The notes under the pieces: generated by a model | The model's database searches: none | Told to the model about the DNA's origin: nothing | What the model saw: only the letters and a program-made list of their open reading frames with translations | In this document: in pieces, positions 37,062-46,058 of the stretch | Position numbering within the stretch: position 1 is the stretch's first letter | Layout of the letters: each line of letters starts with the position of its first letter | Made by a program: the position numbers and the translations under genes | Source: Candidatus Marinacidobacterium sp. | Lineage (GTDB): Bacteria; Acidobacteriota; Vicinamibacteria; Marinacidobacterales; Marinacidobacteraceae | NCBI GenBank assembly: GCA_965204755.1 | Contig: OZ242011.1 | Location: forward strand, 128,001-192,000 | Direction: 5' to 3' | Length of the DNA: 64,000 nucleotides

Positions 37062-39617
37062 CTACCGACCCGGCTCGACTTCGACCTGCCAGAGCGGTCC
37101 CCCGCCGGGAGCGAACTGACCGGTGGTCAGCCGGCGGATCCCGTAGTCGGGAACGGTTACCAGGAGCAGGCACTGCCCGTCGAGGACGACGCCGTGGTTC
37201 GCGAACGGGAAATGGAGGTCTTCGAACCCCTCTTCCCTCCGGCCGGGGAGGAGGGACTCGACCTCCGAGGGGTAGAGGTCGAGGAAGAAGTCGGCCTCGA
37301 CATCCTCTTCGCGGCAGTCCTCGCGGTGGTAGAGCAGGCGCCGTCCGTCGCGGTAGAGGTCGAAGGTTCCGCGGGCGGCGGGAGGCCCCGCCTGCCCGGA
37401 GATGATGGCCTCGAGCGCCGCGCGGTGCCGCTCGAAGTCCACCCGCGCAACGCCGGTCCAGGACGCCGGCTCCCCCGCCACCCACTGCCCGGTGCGGACG
37501 CTGGCGATGCGCCGTTCCGGAAGGCGGACCGCCGCCAGGCAGGCGTCCTCTTCGAGGACGCCGACGCCGCGGAACTCGAAGTCGCGGTTGTCGAAGTCCC
37601 GCCGGGCGCCCCCACCGACGCGGTCGTGGTCGAAGAGGTGCAGCAGGAAAGCGGCTCTCACATCCTCCGGAGCGCAGGGCTCCTTGAAATACAGCAGTTC
37701 CCTCCCCCGGAGGTAGAGGTCGAAGGGGCCGCGCAGCGCCGGCGGACCGATCTCACCCGAACGAATGGCCCGAAGCGCCGCCCGCCGGGCGTCGGCGTTT
37801 CGCCGGGTCCCCCTCGGAAACGCCGCGGGCGAGGCCGGGTCGTCCTCCGCCCCGGCGCGGGCCGTCGGCGCTTCGCTCGCCGCCTCCGGCGGGTCGGTCC
37901 GCTCGCCGGCGGTCGGCTCGCGACCCGGCGCCGCGCCGTCCCCGATCCGGTAGAGGAACAGTTCGCGGTTCCCGGGGGACAGCAGGGCGGGGCCGGGCCG
38001 CCGCACATCGTCGAGAGCGAACTCGGCGGCGCCGCGATGGATCTCCCGCTCCACGAGCACGCTCCCGGCGAGATACCAGGAGAACGCCCCGCTCCCGCCG
38101 AAGGCCGCCGAGCGGTAGAGCCGGGGAGGGACGAACACGATCCGGCCGGCGGTTACCGGGCGGATCTCCTCGAAGTCGCGGACGACCCGGTCGCTCCAGT
38201 CCCGCTCCCAGGCGTCGTACCCGGACTCCACCGTCCGGACGCCGGAAACCAGGAAAACCACCGCCGCCGGGACGGAGGCCAAGCGGATCAGGACACCGCT
38301 CGAACGGCGGGCGATGAACATCGATACCAGCGACCACGACGCCAACGGGACGCCGATGTAGTAGAGCGCCTCGAAGTCGTGGAATGCCGTCTGGTTCCGC
38401 ATCGCGATCGCCCAGACGAAACCGGAGAGCGCCAGGACGAAGAACGACCGGCCTCCGGGAGCGAACCACGCGCCGACGAGACTCAGCGCGGCCGCGGAAG
38501 CGCCGATCGCGATGCCCTCCCAAGCGAAGGGTTCGCGCGGTGCGTCGTCGAGGGCGCTCGCGTAACCCGGCAGGGCGTAGGGGACGACCATCCGGCCGAG
38601 CCGGTGGAATTGCTGTTCGAGGAACGGCCGCCAAGCGAGCGCCGCCGCGTGCCGTTCGTTGAAGGCTTCGTCCCGGCCGGTGCGGTAGAGCATCGACCGA
38701 AAGGAAGGGAGGTCGCCCACCGCGGTTTCGCGTCCCGATCCGTAGTACTCGGCGGCGAACTGGAAGGTCAGCATGGCCCCGGCGAACGCCAGAGCCGCCG
38801 CGCCGAGGGCGAGGCGGCGGCTCCGAAGCGCCCTCCGGACGAGCGCCGGCCCGCTCCGCCACCGGAGGCGACCGGTCCCCGCTTCGACCACGGCGCGTCT
38901 TCCCTCCGCGGCGGCCCCCGCCAGGATCCAGACGGCGATCAACGCGAGCGCATGCCACCCGAGGAACAGCGCGACCGCCGTCTTGACGAGCAACTGCCGG
39001 AACCGCCCCTCCTGCGCGAAGACCACCAAGCCGTGGAAGGTCAGGAGGAAGCCGAACAGGTCCGGCGCCCCGTCCGTCGCCACCAGGTCGGCGTAGTGCT
39101 GGTAGTAAGTGGAAAAACCGAGGAGGGTGGCCGTCAACGCGATCCACGCACTCCCGGTGAGTCGGCGCAGGGACAGGTACGCCGCCAGCGCGGCGCCCGC
39201 CATGAAGGCGAGCATCAATACCCGGGCGGCGAGGAGGTCCGCCGCGAGGCCTCCGCCGAACGCCGCGGTGGCCCCCTTGAGCAGGAGATGCCCGCCCAAC
39301 GGGAACCGGTTGTGCCATTCGGGCGTCACGGCGCCGTCGTCGTCGAGCGTCAGCCGGTAGAAGCGGGCGGGCCCCCGCCCCGAAAACAGGCTCTCGGCCA
39401 GGGCCAGGTGGTCGAAGGTGATCCGGTCGTTCGCCGGAAGCCGGAAGAAGCCGCCCCGGTGGTGGCCGTACGCGAAGACCGCCGCCAGGGCCAGGAACAG
39501 CAGTACCGCCGGCCGGGAAGACGAGGCCCCGAGCCGGCGAAGATGCCGCGCCGTCCGACTCCCGCCTCCCGGCGGGAGGACGCCGGCGGCTTCCCCCGGT
39601 TCGCGGCCCGGCGTCAT
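37062..39617 (-). CDS. GT-C glycosyltransferase 'F' with 2 two-Cys modules
   Basis: Core is paralogous to the C-half of 11790..15080 (HNRFPLGG, AYLSLRRLT, EGRFRQLL, AFHD.E..YY.GV). A low-complexity linker precedes two modules. Confidence 0.75.
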   Translation of the reverse strand: MTPGREPGEAAGVLPPGGGSRTARHLRRLGASSSRPAVLLFLALAAVFAYGHHRGGFFRLPANDRITFDHLALAESLFSGRGPARFYRLTLDDDGAVTPEWHNRFPLGGHLLLKGATAAFGGGLAADLLAARVLMLAFMAGAALAAYLSLRRLTGSAWIALTATLLGFSTYYQHYADLVATDGAPDLFGFLLTFHGLVVFAQEGRFRQLLVKTAVALFLGWHALALIAVWILAGAAAEGRRAVVEAGTGRLRWRSGPALVRRALRSRRLALGAAALAFAGAMLTFQFAAEYYGSGRETAVGDLPSFRSMLYRTGRDEAFNERHAAALAWRPFLEQQFHRLGRMVVPYALPGYASALDDAPREPFAWEGIAIGASAAALSLVGAWFAPGGRSFFVLALSGFVWAIAMRNQTAFHDFEALYYIGVPLASWSLVSMFIARRSSGVLIRLASVPAAVVFLVSGVRTVESGYDAWERDWSDRVVRDFEEIRPVTAGRIVFVPPRLYRSAAFGGSGAFSWYLAGSVLVEREIHRGAAEFALDDVRRPGPALLSPGNRELFLYRIGDGAAPGREPTAGERTDPPEAASEAPTARAGAEDDPASPAAFPRGTRRNADARRAALRAIRSGEIGPPALRGPFDLYLRGRELLYFKEPCAPEDVRAAFLLHLFDHDRVGGGARRDFDNRDFEFRGVGVLEEDACLAAVRLPERRIASVRTGQWVAGEPASWTGVARVDFERHRAALEAIISGQAGPPAARGTFDLYRDGRRLLYHREDCREEDVEADFFLDLYPSEVESLLPGRREEGFEDLHFPFANHGVVLDGQCLLLVTVPDYGIRRLTTGQFAPGGGPLWQVEVEPGR

Positions 39618-39687
39618 CGGTGGGGAACTGCTGCCGCTCCCGGGCGGGCGTCCCTCGATCCGCCGGGGACGGCGCCGGCAGACGGAC

Positions 39688-40689
39688 TCAGTTGCCGCGG
39701 TCGGGGAGGGTGAAGGAGGCGGTGTGGCGGACTTCGCCGGCCGGGCTCTCGACGCGGACCCGGTGGGGGCCGGGGGCGAAGGCGGCGGCGGGGAGTCGGA
39801 GGGAGAGGCGGCGGCGGATGCGGTCGGGGACGGTAGCGAGCGATGCCTCGATCTCCTCCGGCTCGCCGCCGGTGCGGAGGAGGGCGCCGCCGCTCACCCG
39901 GGCGAGTTCGCCGAGGACCCAGAAGGGGTCCGTGTTGCGCAGCCCGCGGAGGTCCCGGCCGCGGTCCGTCACATTCCGGCCCTCGAAGGTGATGGCGTTC
40001 TCCAGGTCTTCCCGGTCCACCGAGCCGTAGACGCCGCCGACGCCCCCGGCGCCGACGGCCGGCGGGGCGGTAACGGAGAAGACCAGCGGGGCGCTGCCGG
40101 CCGCGGCGAGGAGCGGCCAGGCGTCGCGGCTCCAACTCGCGCCGTCCACGCCGTCGGTGAACAGCGCGAGCACCGGGCGCCCCGGAGCGTCGGCCAGCAG
40201 GCCGAGGGCGAGCGTCAGGGCGTTGTTCAGGGCCGAAGGGCCGCCGCTCTTCAGCGCCGCCGCCTGCTCGGCGGCCCGGGCGCAGCCGTCCTCCCAGTCC
40301 GCGTGGAGTTCCACCGAACGGGAGAAGGAGGCGAGGGCGCAGCGGTCGTCCGGCCGCAGGGCCGAGAAGAGCGCCGAAACGCCCGCGGTCGCGGCGCGGA
40401 GCCGGGGGCCGCGAACGCTCGCGGAGAGGTCCAGCACCGCGAGCACGGAGACCGCTTCGTCCGGGTCGTGGTCGAACGCCGCCTTCTCGTCGTCCACGAA
40501 GACCTCCAGCGCGGACGCCGCCGCGCCGCGGACCGCCTCGCCCCCGTCGTGGACGAAGACCTCGACCCGCGCCTCCGCGGACGGCGTCTCCCGGCGCTCC
40601 CCGCCTTCGGCTTCCGACCCGGAGACGGCGAACGGGAAGGCGGCGAGAACGAGGGCGGCCGCCGGGCGCGCCCTCCGTCCCCGGGTCAC
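39688..40689 (-). CDS. Exported VWA domain protein (Acidobacteria-type VWFA)
   Basis: MIDAS DLSAS...FTDGVD...LARVSGG and a signal peptide. GTG overlaps the upstream TGA. Confidence 0.78.
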   Translation of the reverse strand: MTRGRRARPAAALVLAAFPFAVSGSEAEGGERRETPSAEARVEVFVHDGGEAVRGAAASALEVFVDDEKAAFDHDPDEAVSVLAVLDLSASVRGPRLRAATAGVSALFSALRPDDRCALASFSRSVELHADWEDGCARAAEQAAALKSGGPSALNNALTLALGLLADAPGRPVLALFTDGVDGASWSRDAWPLLAAAGSAPLVFSVTAPPAVGAGGVGGVYGSVDREDLENAITFEGRNVTDRGRDLRGLRNTDPFWVLGELARVSGGALLRTGGEPEEIEASLATVPDRIRRRLSLRLPAAAFAPGPHRVRVESPAGEVRHTASFTLPDRGN

Positions 40690-41708
40690 CGCCCGCCCCC
40701 TTCGGCGCCGACCCGGACTTCGCCCTTCATCTCCTCGAACATTTCCCGGTAGTCGAGCGCCGGGCCCAGCCAATATCGCCACTCCGGCTCCCAGCGGGTC
40801 GGCCGGCGGGAGAGGAGTTCCGCCGCCGCTTCCGCCGCGCCGCCCCGGTCCCCCTGCCCCAGCCGGGCGGCCACCAGGCCGGAGACCGCGGAGGGCGACC
40901 GGCGGCCCCGCCGGAGCGCTTCGGAGAAGGCGGTCTCGGCGGCGGCGAAGTCGCCGGCGCCGAGGGCGATCTCGCCGCGGAGGAGGAAGAGCGCGAAGCG
41001 GTCCATCGCGGCGAGACGCGCGTCGCCCAGCCGGTCGAGTTCCACCGCCGCTTCCGACTCCCGGCCGAGGTCCACGAGGACGCCGGCGAGGCGGATGCGG
41101 AGCGCGGCGTCGTCGGGCGTCTCCCGGAGCAGCGCCTCGAGCGTCTCGGCGGCCATGGCCAGGTAGGGCTGCTCCTCGCGCTGCCGGCCGATCATCTGGA
41201 GCATGCGGGCCTTGCCTTCCAGGAGTTCCCGGTCGCCGGGGAGGTCGGCGAGCGCCTTCTCGTACGCCGCCACCCCGGCGCTCGAGTTCAGGGCGACCTG
41301 GTACGACGAACAGACGGCGAGCCACCAGCGGCGGAGCCAGTCCTCGCGGCCGGCCTCCGCGGGGAGCGCCCGCAGCAGGTCGTCGGCCAGGTCGAGGTGG
41401 TGTTCCGAGTCGGCCCCGGCGAGCGCGGCCGCTTCCGTGTGGAGGAGCGCCGCGGTCTTGAGCAGCAGGGGCCGCGGCCCGGAAGCCTCGAACTCGGAGA
41501 CCACCCGCCGGGCGTCCTCGGCCCCGTAGCCGGCGAGGGCGCGCCCGGAAGTGATGAACAGCCCGCCCCGGGTCTCGCCGAGGAGGGCCAGGTAGCGGTC
41601 GAGATCCAGTTCCTGCGCCGCCGCCTCGCCGGCGAAGCCGACCGCCAGGAGCGCCGCGGCCGGCAGACGCCCGAAACGCGGTCGGGCCGGCCCCCGGCGG
41701 CGCCGCAT
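40686..41708 (-). CDS. Exported TPR-like protein
   Basis: Signal peptide and helical repeats (AAYEKALA..P, LEALLRETPDD...IRLA, GDFAAAE.AF..AL). Start at ATG 41708 or GTG 41747. Confidence 0.7.
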   Translation of the reverse strand: MRRRRGPARPRFGRLPAAALLAVGFAGEAAAQELDLDRYLALLGETRGGLFITSGRALAGYGAEDARRVVSEFEASGPRPLLLKTAALLHTEAAALAGADSEHHLDLADDLLRALPAEAGREDWLRRWWLAVCSSYQVALNSSAGVAAYEKALADLPGDRELLEGKARMLQMIGRQREEQPYLAMAAETLEALLRETPDDAALRIRLAGVLVDLGRESEAAVELDRLGDARLAAMDRFALFLLRGEIALGAGDFAAAETAFSEALRRGRRSPSAVSGLVAARLGQGDRGGAAEAAAELLSRRPTRWEPEWRYWLGPALDYREMFEEMKGEVRVGAEGGGR

Positions 41709-41803
41709 CCGGCGGATTCCCGCGGTCCCGGGGGCGGCGGTATCCACGATTCCCTCTTCCCGGAGTATCGTAGAGGAACACCCCGCCCCCGCCCCGCCGC
41801 CCG

Positions 41804-43063
41804 TTGCCGACTCCTCCGATCTCGCCCCGGGACCCGGTGGTCACCGGAATGGGTCTCCTGTCGCAGGTGGGTACGGGGGTGGCCGCCCACCGGGAAACGC
41901 TGCGCGCCGGACGGCAGGCGCCCTTCTCGCCCTATCCGCCGGGCGAAGAGCACGAGACCGGCTGCCGCATCATCGGCCTCTGCCGCGACCCCCTCGACCC
42001 GGAGGAACTCGGCCTGGGCCGTTCCTCGCTCCGGTTCATGGGGCGGATGTCGCTGCTCGCGGTCCGGGCGGCGCGCCTCGCGCTCGAGCAGTCCGGGATG
42101 GCGGTCGAGGACGCGGCGATCGTGGTGGGGAGCGGCACCGGGGAGATCGAGACCCACCGGGAGGTGGTGCGCCGGGTGGCGCGGGGCGGGCGCGTCCGGG
42201 TGCTCCCGACCACCATCCCCCGGATCATGGCCTCCACCGTCTCGGCGAACCTGGCCACGCTCCTCCGCACCCGGGGGCCCTCGGTCTCGGTTACCGCGGC
42301 CTGCGCCGGAGGCGCCTACAACCTGCTCGTCGCCGCCTCCTGGATCCGGGAGGGCCTGGTGGAGCGGGCGCTCGCCGGGGGCGTGGAGGCCGAGGATGTC
42401 CACTTCCACCTCGGCTTCGACTCCATGCGGGCCTACACCCGCAACGACAACGACCGGCCGGAGCGGGCGTCACGGCCCTACGCCGCCGACCGGGCCGGCT
42501 TCGTGTTCGGCGAGGGCGCCGGCCTGCTCGCGCTCGAGTCGCGGGAGGCGGCGGAACGGCGCGGAGCGGAGATCCTGGGGACGATCCGGGGCTGGGGGAT
42601 GTCTTCGGACGGCGCCGGGGAGATGGTCGCGCCGTCGAGCGAAGGCGCGGAACTGGCGATCCGGCGGGCGCTCGACCACGCGCAGGTCCCGCCGGACGAG
42701 ATCGGGTACCTGAACACCCACGGCACCTCGACCCCGCTCGGGGACCTCTCCGAAGCGCGCGCCATCCGCCGCGTCTTCGGCGAGCGGGTGGTCCCCTACG
42801 GCTCCACCAAGGGGTACACCGGCCACACGGTCTCCGCCGCCGGGTCGCTGGAGGCGGCGTTCACGCTGCTCATGCTCCGGGAGGGCTGGCTCGCGCCTTC
42901 CGTGAACGCAGAACCGCTCGACCCCGAACTCCTCGACTACCCGCCGGTCACGCGGCCGAGCGCCACCGACGCCGAGTGGGCGGTCTCCAACAGTTTCGGC
43001 TTCGGCGGCACCAATGTCTCTCTCGTCCTCCGGCGCGAAGCCGGAGGCCCGGCGGCCGGGTAG
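41804..43063 (+). CDS. fabF: Beta-ketoacyl-ACP synthase (FabF/FabB family)
   Basis: TAACAGG, GFVFGEGAG, NTHGTSTPLGD, STKGYTGH and SNSFGFGGTN (Cys-His-His triad). Confidence 0.9.
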   Translation: MPTPPISPRDPVVTGMGLLSQVGTGVAAHRETLRAGRQAPFSPYPPGEEHETGCRIIGLCRDPLDPEELGLGRSSLRFMGRMSLLAVRAARLALEQSGMAVEDAAIVVGSGTGEIETHREVVRRVARGGRVRVLPTTIPRIMASTVSANLATLLRTRGPSVSVTAACAGGAYNLLVAASWIREGLVERALAGGVEAEDVHFHLGFDSMRAYTRNDNDRPERASRPYAADRAGFVFGEGAGLLALESREAAERRGAEILGTIRGWGMSSDGAGEMVAPSSEGAELAIRRALDHAQVPPDEIGYLNTHGTSTPLGDLSEARAIRRVFGERVVPYGSTKGYTGHTVSAAGSLEAAFTLLMLREGWLAPSVNAEPLDPELLDYPPVTRPSATDAEWAVSNSFGFGGTNVSLVLRREAGGPAAG

Positions 43064-43092
43064 GGCCGCCGCAAACCGCGGAAGGGCGCGCC

Positions 43093-43494
43093 ATGCGGAT
43101 CGACCTCAAATGGAGCGGCGGGAGCCGCTACCCGGTGACCACCCCGTCCGGGGCCCGGGTCACCCTCGACCGGGAAGCGAAGGCCGGCCCCTCGCCGATG
43201 GAGGGGCTGCTCGCCTCGCTCGCCGGCTGCATGGCGATCGACATCGTGGTCATCCTCGAGCGGATGCGGGCGCTGCCGGACCGCCTCACCGGTTCCGCGT
43301 CCGGGCAACGGGCCGAGGAGCCGCCGCGGCGGTTCACCCGCATCCGGCTGGAGTTCACCGCTTCCGGCGGCGCGGTAACCGCCGCCCGGCTGGAACGGGC
43401 GGTACGACTCTCCTTCGACAAGTACTGCAGCGTGCTCCACACCTTGGGCAAAGACATCGAGTACGAGTGGACGGCTGAGGTCGAGTCCGGGTAG
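43093..43494 (+). CDS. OsmC-family (YhfA-like) protein
   Basis: GPSPME.LL.SLAGC.AIDIV.IL..MR and LS.DKYCSV. Confidence 0.9.
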   Translation: MRIDLKWSGGSRYPVTTPSGARVTLDREAKAGPSPMEGLLASLAGCMAIDIVVILERMRALPDRLTGSASGQRAEEPPRRFTRIRLEFTASGGAVTAARLERAVRLSFDKYCSVLHTLGKDIEYEWTAEVESG

Positions 43495-43839
43495 TCCGGG
43501 TGGAGGTCTCCCACCGCTGCGACCGGGGCGCGAACGAGTGGTTCTTCCTGCCCTCGAAGGCCACCCCGGAGGCGGAGGCGGATCTGCCGGCTGGTGGGCC
43601 TGCGACCCGGCGGGCCACGCCGGTTCCACCCCCGAGGCGACTCCGTGAAGTCGCCCGCCCCCGACACCCCTCGCCGGACTCCGCCCGGTGGTAGTGTGCC
43701 TACGAATCCAACTCCCCAACTGTCAACCACTTACAAAGCCAAACCGTCGAAGTCGAGACCGGGCCGGCAGGCGCCCGCAGGTCGCAACGGCCCCCACCCC
43801 GACCGCGCCGACGCGGAGGCCCCCTTCGCTCACCGGAGG

Positions 43840-45162
43840 TCAGATCCGCGCGTCCAGCCGTCGCAGCGACTCGGCGAAGACGCGGGCGCCGTCGGCGAGC
43901 GAGGCCAGGCGCGTGAACTCCCTGGGGGAGTGGCTGATGCCGCCGCGGCTCGGGACGAAGATCATCCCGATCGGGGCGAAGACCGCGATGGACTGGGCGT
44001 CGTGTCCGGCGCCGGAGGGCAGCCGGATGACCGAGCAGCCGGCGGCGCGCGCCGACTCCACCACGACTTCGATGAAGTCCGGGTCGCAGGGGGCGGCCCG
44101 GCTCAGGTAGTAGGGCTCGAAGCGGATCTCGGTGTCGTTCCGGGAGGCGAGTTCCCGACCGACCTCCTGCAGTTTCCGGTAGAGCGACTCGATGGTCTCC
44201 ATGCGGAGGTCGCGGATCTCGAGACTCAGTTCCACTTCCCCCGGGATCACATTCGCCGCCCCGGGATGCGCCTCGATCCGGCCGACGGTGGCCACCTGCC
44301 GCCCCGGGAGCGCCCGCGCCTCGTCGTCCACCGCGGCGATGAAGCGGCCGGCGGTGACCAGGGGGTCGCGGCGGATCGCCATCGCGGTCGTCCCGGCGTG
44401 GTTCGCGAAGCCGGAGATCGAGACCCGGAACCGGCGGATCCCCACGATCCCTTCCACCGCGCCGACCTGGTAGCCGCCGGCGTCGAGCACCGGGCCCTGC
44501 TCGATGTGGAGTTCCAGGAAGCCGGCCGCCGACCCCGGCTCGCGTTTCGCTTCGGCGAGCCGCTCCGGCGAACCGCCGACCCGCCGGAGCGCCGCGCCCA
44601 GCGCCAGCCCGCCGTGGAGCGGCAGGTCGAGTTCCTCGGCGGTGACTTCGCCGGCGAGGGCGCGGCTGCCGGTCTTCCCGTTCTCCTCGTTGAAGAAGAC
44701 GAAGAACTCGAGCGGGTGGCGGAACTCCGCGCCCGATTCGTCGAGCGACTCCGCCGCTTCGAGGCCGGTGACGCAGCCGGCGACGCCGTCGTAGTTGCCG
44801 CCGTTCGGCACGGAGTCGAGGTGCGAGCCGAGGAGCAGCGGGGGAAGCGACGCCTCCCTCCCCGCCCGGCGCCCCAAGAGGTTCCCCGCGAAGTCGGTCT
44901 CCACCCGGAACCCGGCGCCCCGGAGCCAGCCGGAGAACCGCTCCCGCATCGCGAGGTCGGCGTCGCTCCCGGCGGTCCGGGAGTACCCGCCGGCGGGGTC
45001 GGCGCCGATCCGGGAGAGATCCTCCATCCGCCGCCCGATCCGGTCTTCCCGCACCGCCTGCGGGCGGCCCGGCGCCGCGGCCGCGCGGCCGGCGAGCGGC
45101 GCGGCGGCGAGCAGTCCGGCAGCCGTCCGCCGGTGGAAGTCGCGCCGGGAGAGGCGCTTCAC
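43840..45162 (-). CDS. M20-family Zn amidohydrolase (allantoate/N-carbamoyl-amino acid hydrolase-like) with Tat signal
   Basis: SRRDF twin-arginine motif, GSHLDSVPNGGNYDG, NEE, ELHIEQGPVL, NHAGTT, SGAGHDAQ and SHSPRE. Confidence 0.92.
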   Translation of the reverse strand: MKRLSRRDFHRRTAAGLLAAAPLAGRAAAAPGRPQAVREDRIGRRMEDLSRIGADPAGGYSRTAGSDADLAMRERFSGWLRGAGFRVETDFAGNLLGRRAGREASLPPLLLGSHLDSVPNGGNYDGVAGCVTGLEAAESLDESGAEFRHPLEFFVFFNEENGKTGSRALAGEVTAEELDLPLHGGLALGAALRRVGGSPERLAEAKREPGSAAGFLELHIEQGPVLDAGGYQVGAVEGIVGIRRFRVSISGFANHAGTTAMAIRRDPLVTAGRFIAAVDDEARALPGRQVATVGRIEAHPGAANVIPGEVELSLEIRDLRMETIESLYRKLQEVGRELASRNDTEIRFEPYYLSRAAPCDPDFIEVVVESARAAGCSVIRLPSGAGHDAQSIAVFAPIGMIFVPSRGGISHSPREFTRLASLADGARVFAESLRRLDARI

Positions 45163-46058
45163 GGCGCGGCCTCCGGCTCGTCCGGGAGGAGCGGCGCCTC
45201 CGCCACCGGAACGACCGCTTCCCGGTCGGCGTAGCCCACGATCCCGGCGGCCACCACGCGCAGGAAGTCCCCGTCCGCGGGGCGCTCCGGCGCCTGCCCG
45301 ACCTCGACATAGAGCCCTTCCGGCAGCGAGGCGAGTTGCGGGTAGGAGGCCTCCGGGCCGCTGCGGAGCGCCGCCGCCGGGCGCACCACCACCGCCTCTT
45401 CCGGCGCGGCGAGGCGCAGGCGGAGCAGGGCCCCGGAGACCGCGGCGGCGAGGACGAACAGGCCGATCCCGGCGGCGAGGAGCCGCCGCCGGCCGTACCC
45501 GAGCAGGGCGAGCGTCCAGAGCGCGCCCCCGGCGAACAGCGAAACCAGGAGCGCGGCGGCGGCCCGGCGGGCGGGGAGGCGGCGCATCTCGGCGGTGAAT
45601 CCTCCCATGGATCGGAGCAGTTCCAGCGCGAAGGCGTTCGCCGCCTCTCCCGCCGACCCCTCCCCGGCGCCGGAAGCGGCGGCGGCGGTCAGCCGGCGGT
45701 CGAGCACCGACCGGGCGAGCGCCAGGTTCGCCGCCGCGTCGTCGTCCCCCGGTCGGAGGCGGAGCGACCGCTCCCAGTGGAGCATGGCGAAGCCGAGCCG
45801 CCCGTCGCGGAACTCGGCGTTGCCCAGGTTGTAGTGGAGCGCGGCGCGGTCGAGGGCCGCGGCTTCGCCGGTCGGACCGGGGGGCGGCGCCTCCCGCAGC
45901 AGGCGGCGCCAGATCCCGGCCGCCTCGCGGTAGCCGCCGGCGTCGTAGAGCCGGACCGCTTCTTCCGGATCGGGCGCCTCCGGCTGCGCGGCGGCGCGGA
46001 GTTCGCCCGGCGGCGCGAAGGCGAGGAGGAAGGCCGCCGCGCCCGCCGCGCGGGTCAC
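45159..46058 (-). CDS. batE: BatE-like TPR + SH3 membrane protein
   Basis: LHYNLGNA.FR.G.LG.A....ERSLRL.P.D.D...NL, two TMs and an SH3-like LRSGP...L.EG...G..GY. GTG overlaps the upstream stop. Confidence 0.8.
   Translation of the reverse strand: MTRAAGAAAFLLAFAPPGELRAAAQPEAPDPEEAVRLYDAGGYREAAGIWRRLLREAPPPGPTGEAAALDRAALHYNLGNAEFRDGRLGFAMLHWERSLRLRPGDDDAAANLALARSVLDRRLTAAAASGAGEGSAGEAANAFALELLRSMGGFTAEMRRLPARRAAAALLVSLFAGGALWTLALLGYGRRRLLAAGIGLFVLAAAVSGALLRLRLAAPEEAVVVRPAAALRSGPEASYPQLASLPEGLYVEVGQAPERPADGDFLRVVAAGIVGYADREAVVPVAEAPLLPDEPEAAP

Noticed and set aside
34351-37782. Possible diversity-generating retroelement TR/VR pair: the first five mismatches at the 3' end of genes E and F all fall at adenines of E
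   Set aside because: Further mismatches include many G/C and synonymous changes, both copies are coding, and there is no reverse transcriptase in the window. Ordinary duplication or conversion explains it better.
43487-43800. tmRNA, RNase P RNA, SRP RNA or tRNA
   Set aside because: It lacks the diagnostic motifs: no T-loop with a CCA end, no GAGGAAAGTCC, and no SRP GGAA/AGCAG loop. It is kept only as an unassigned candidate.
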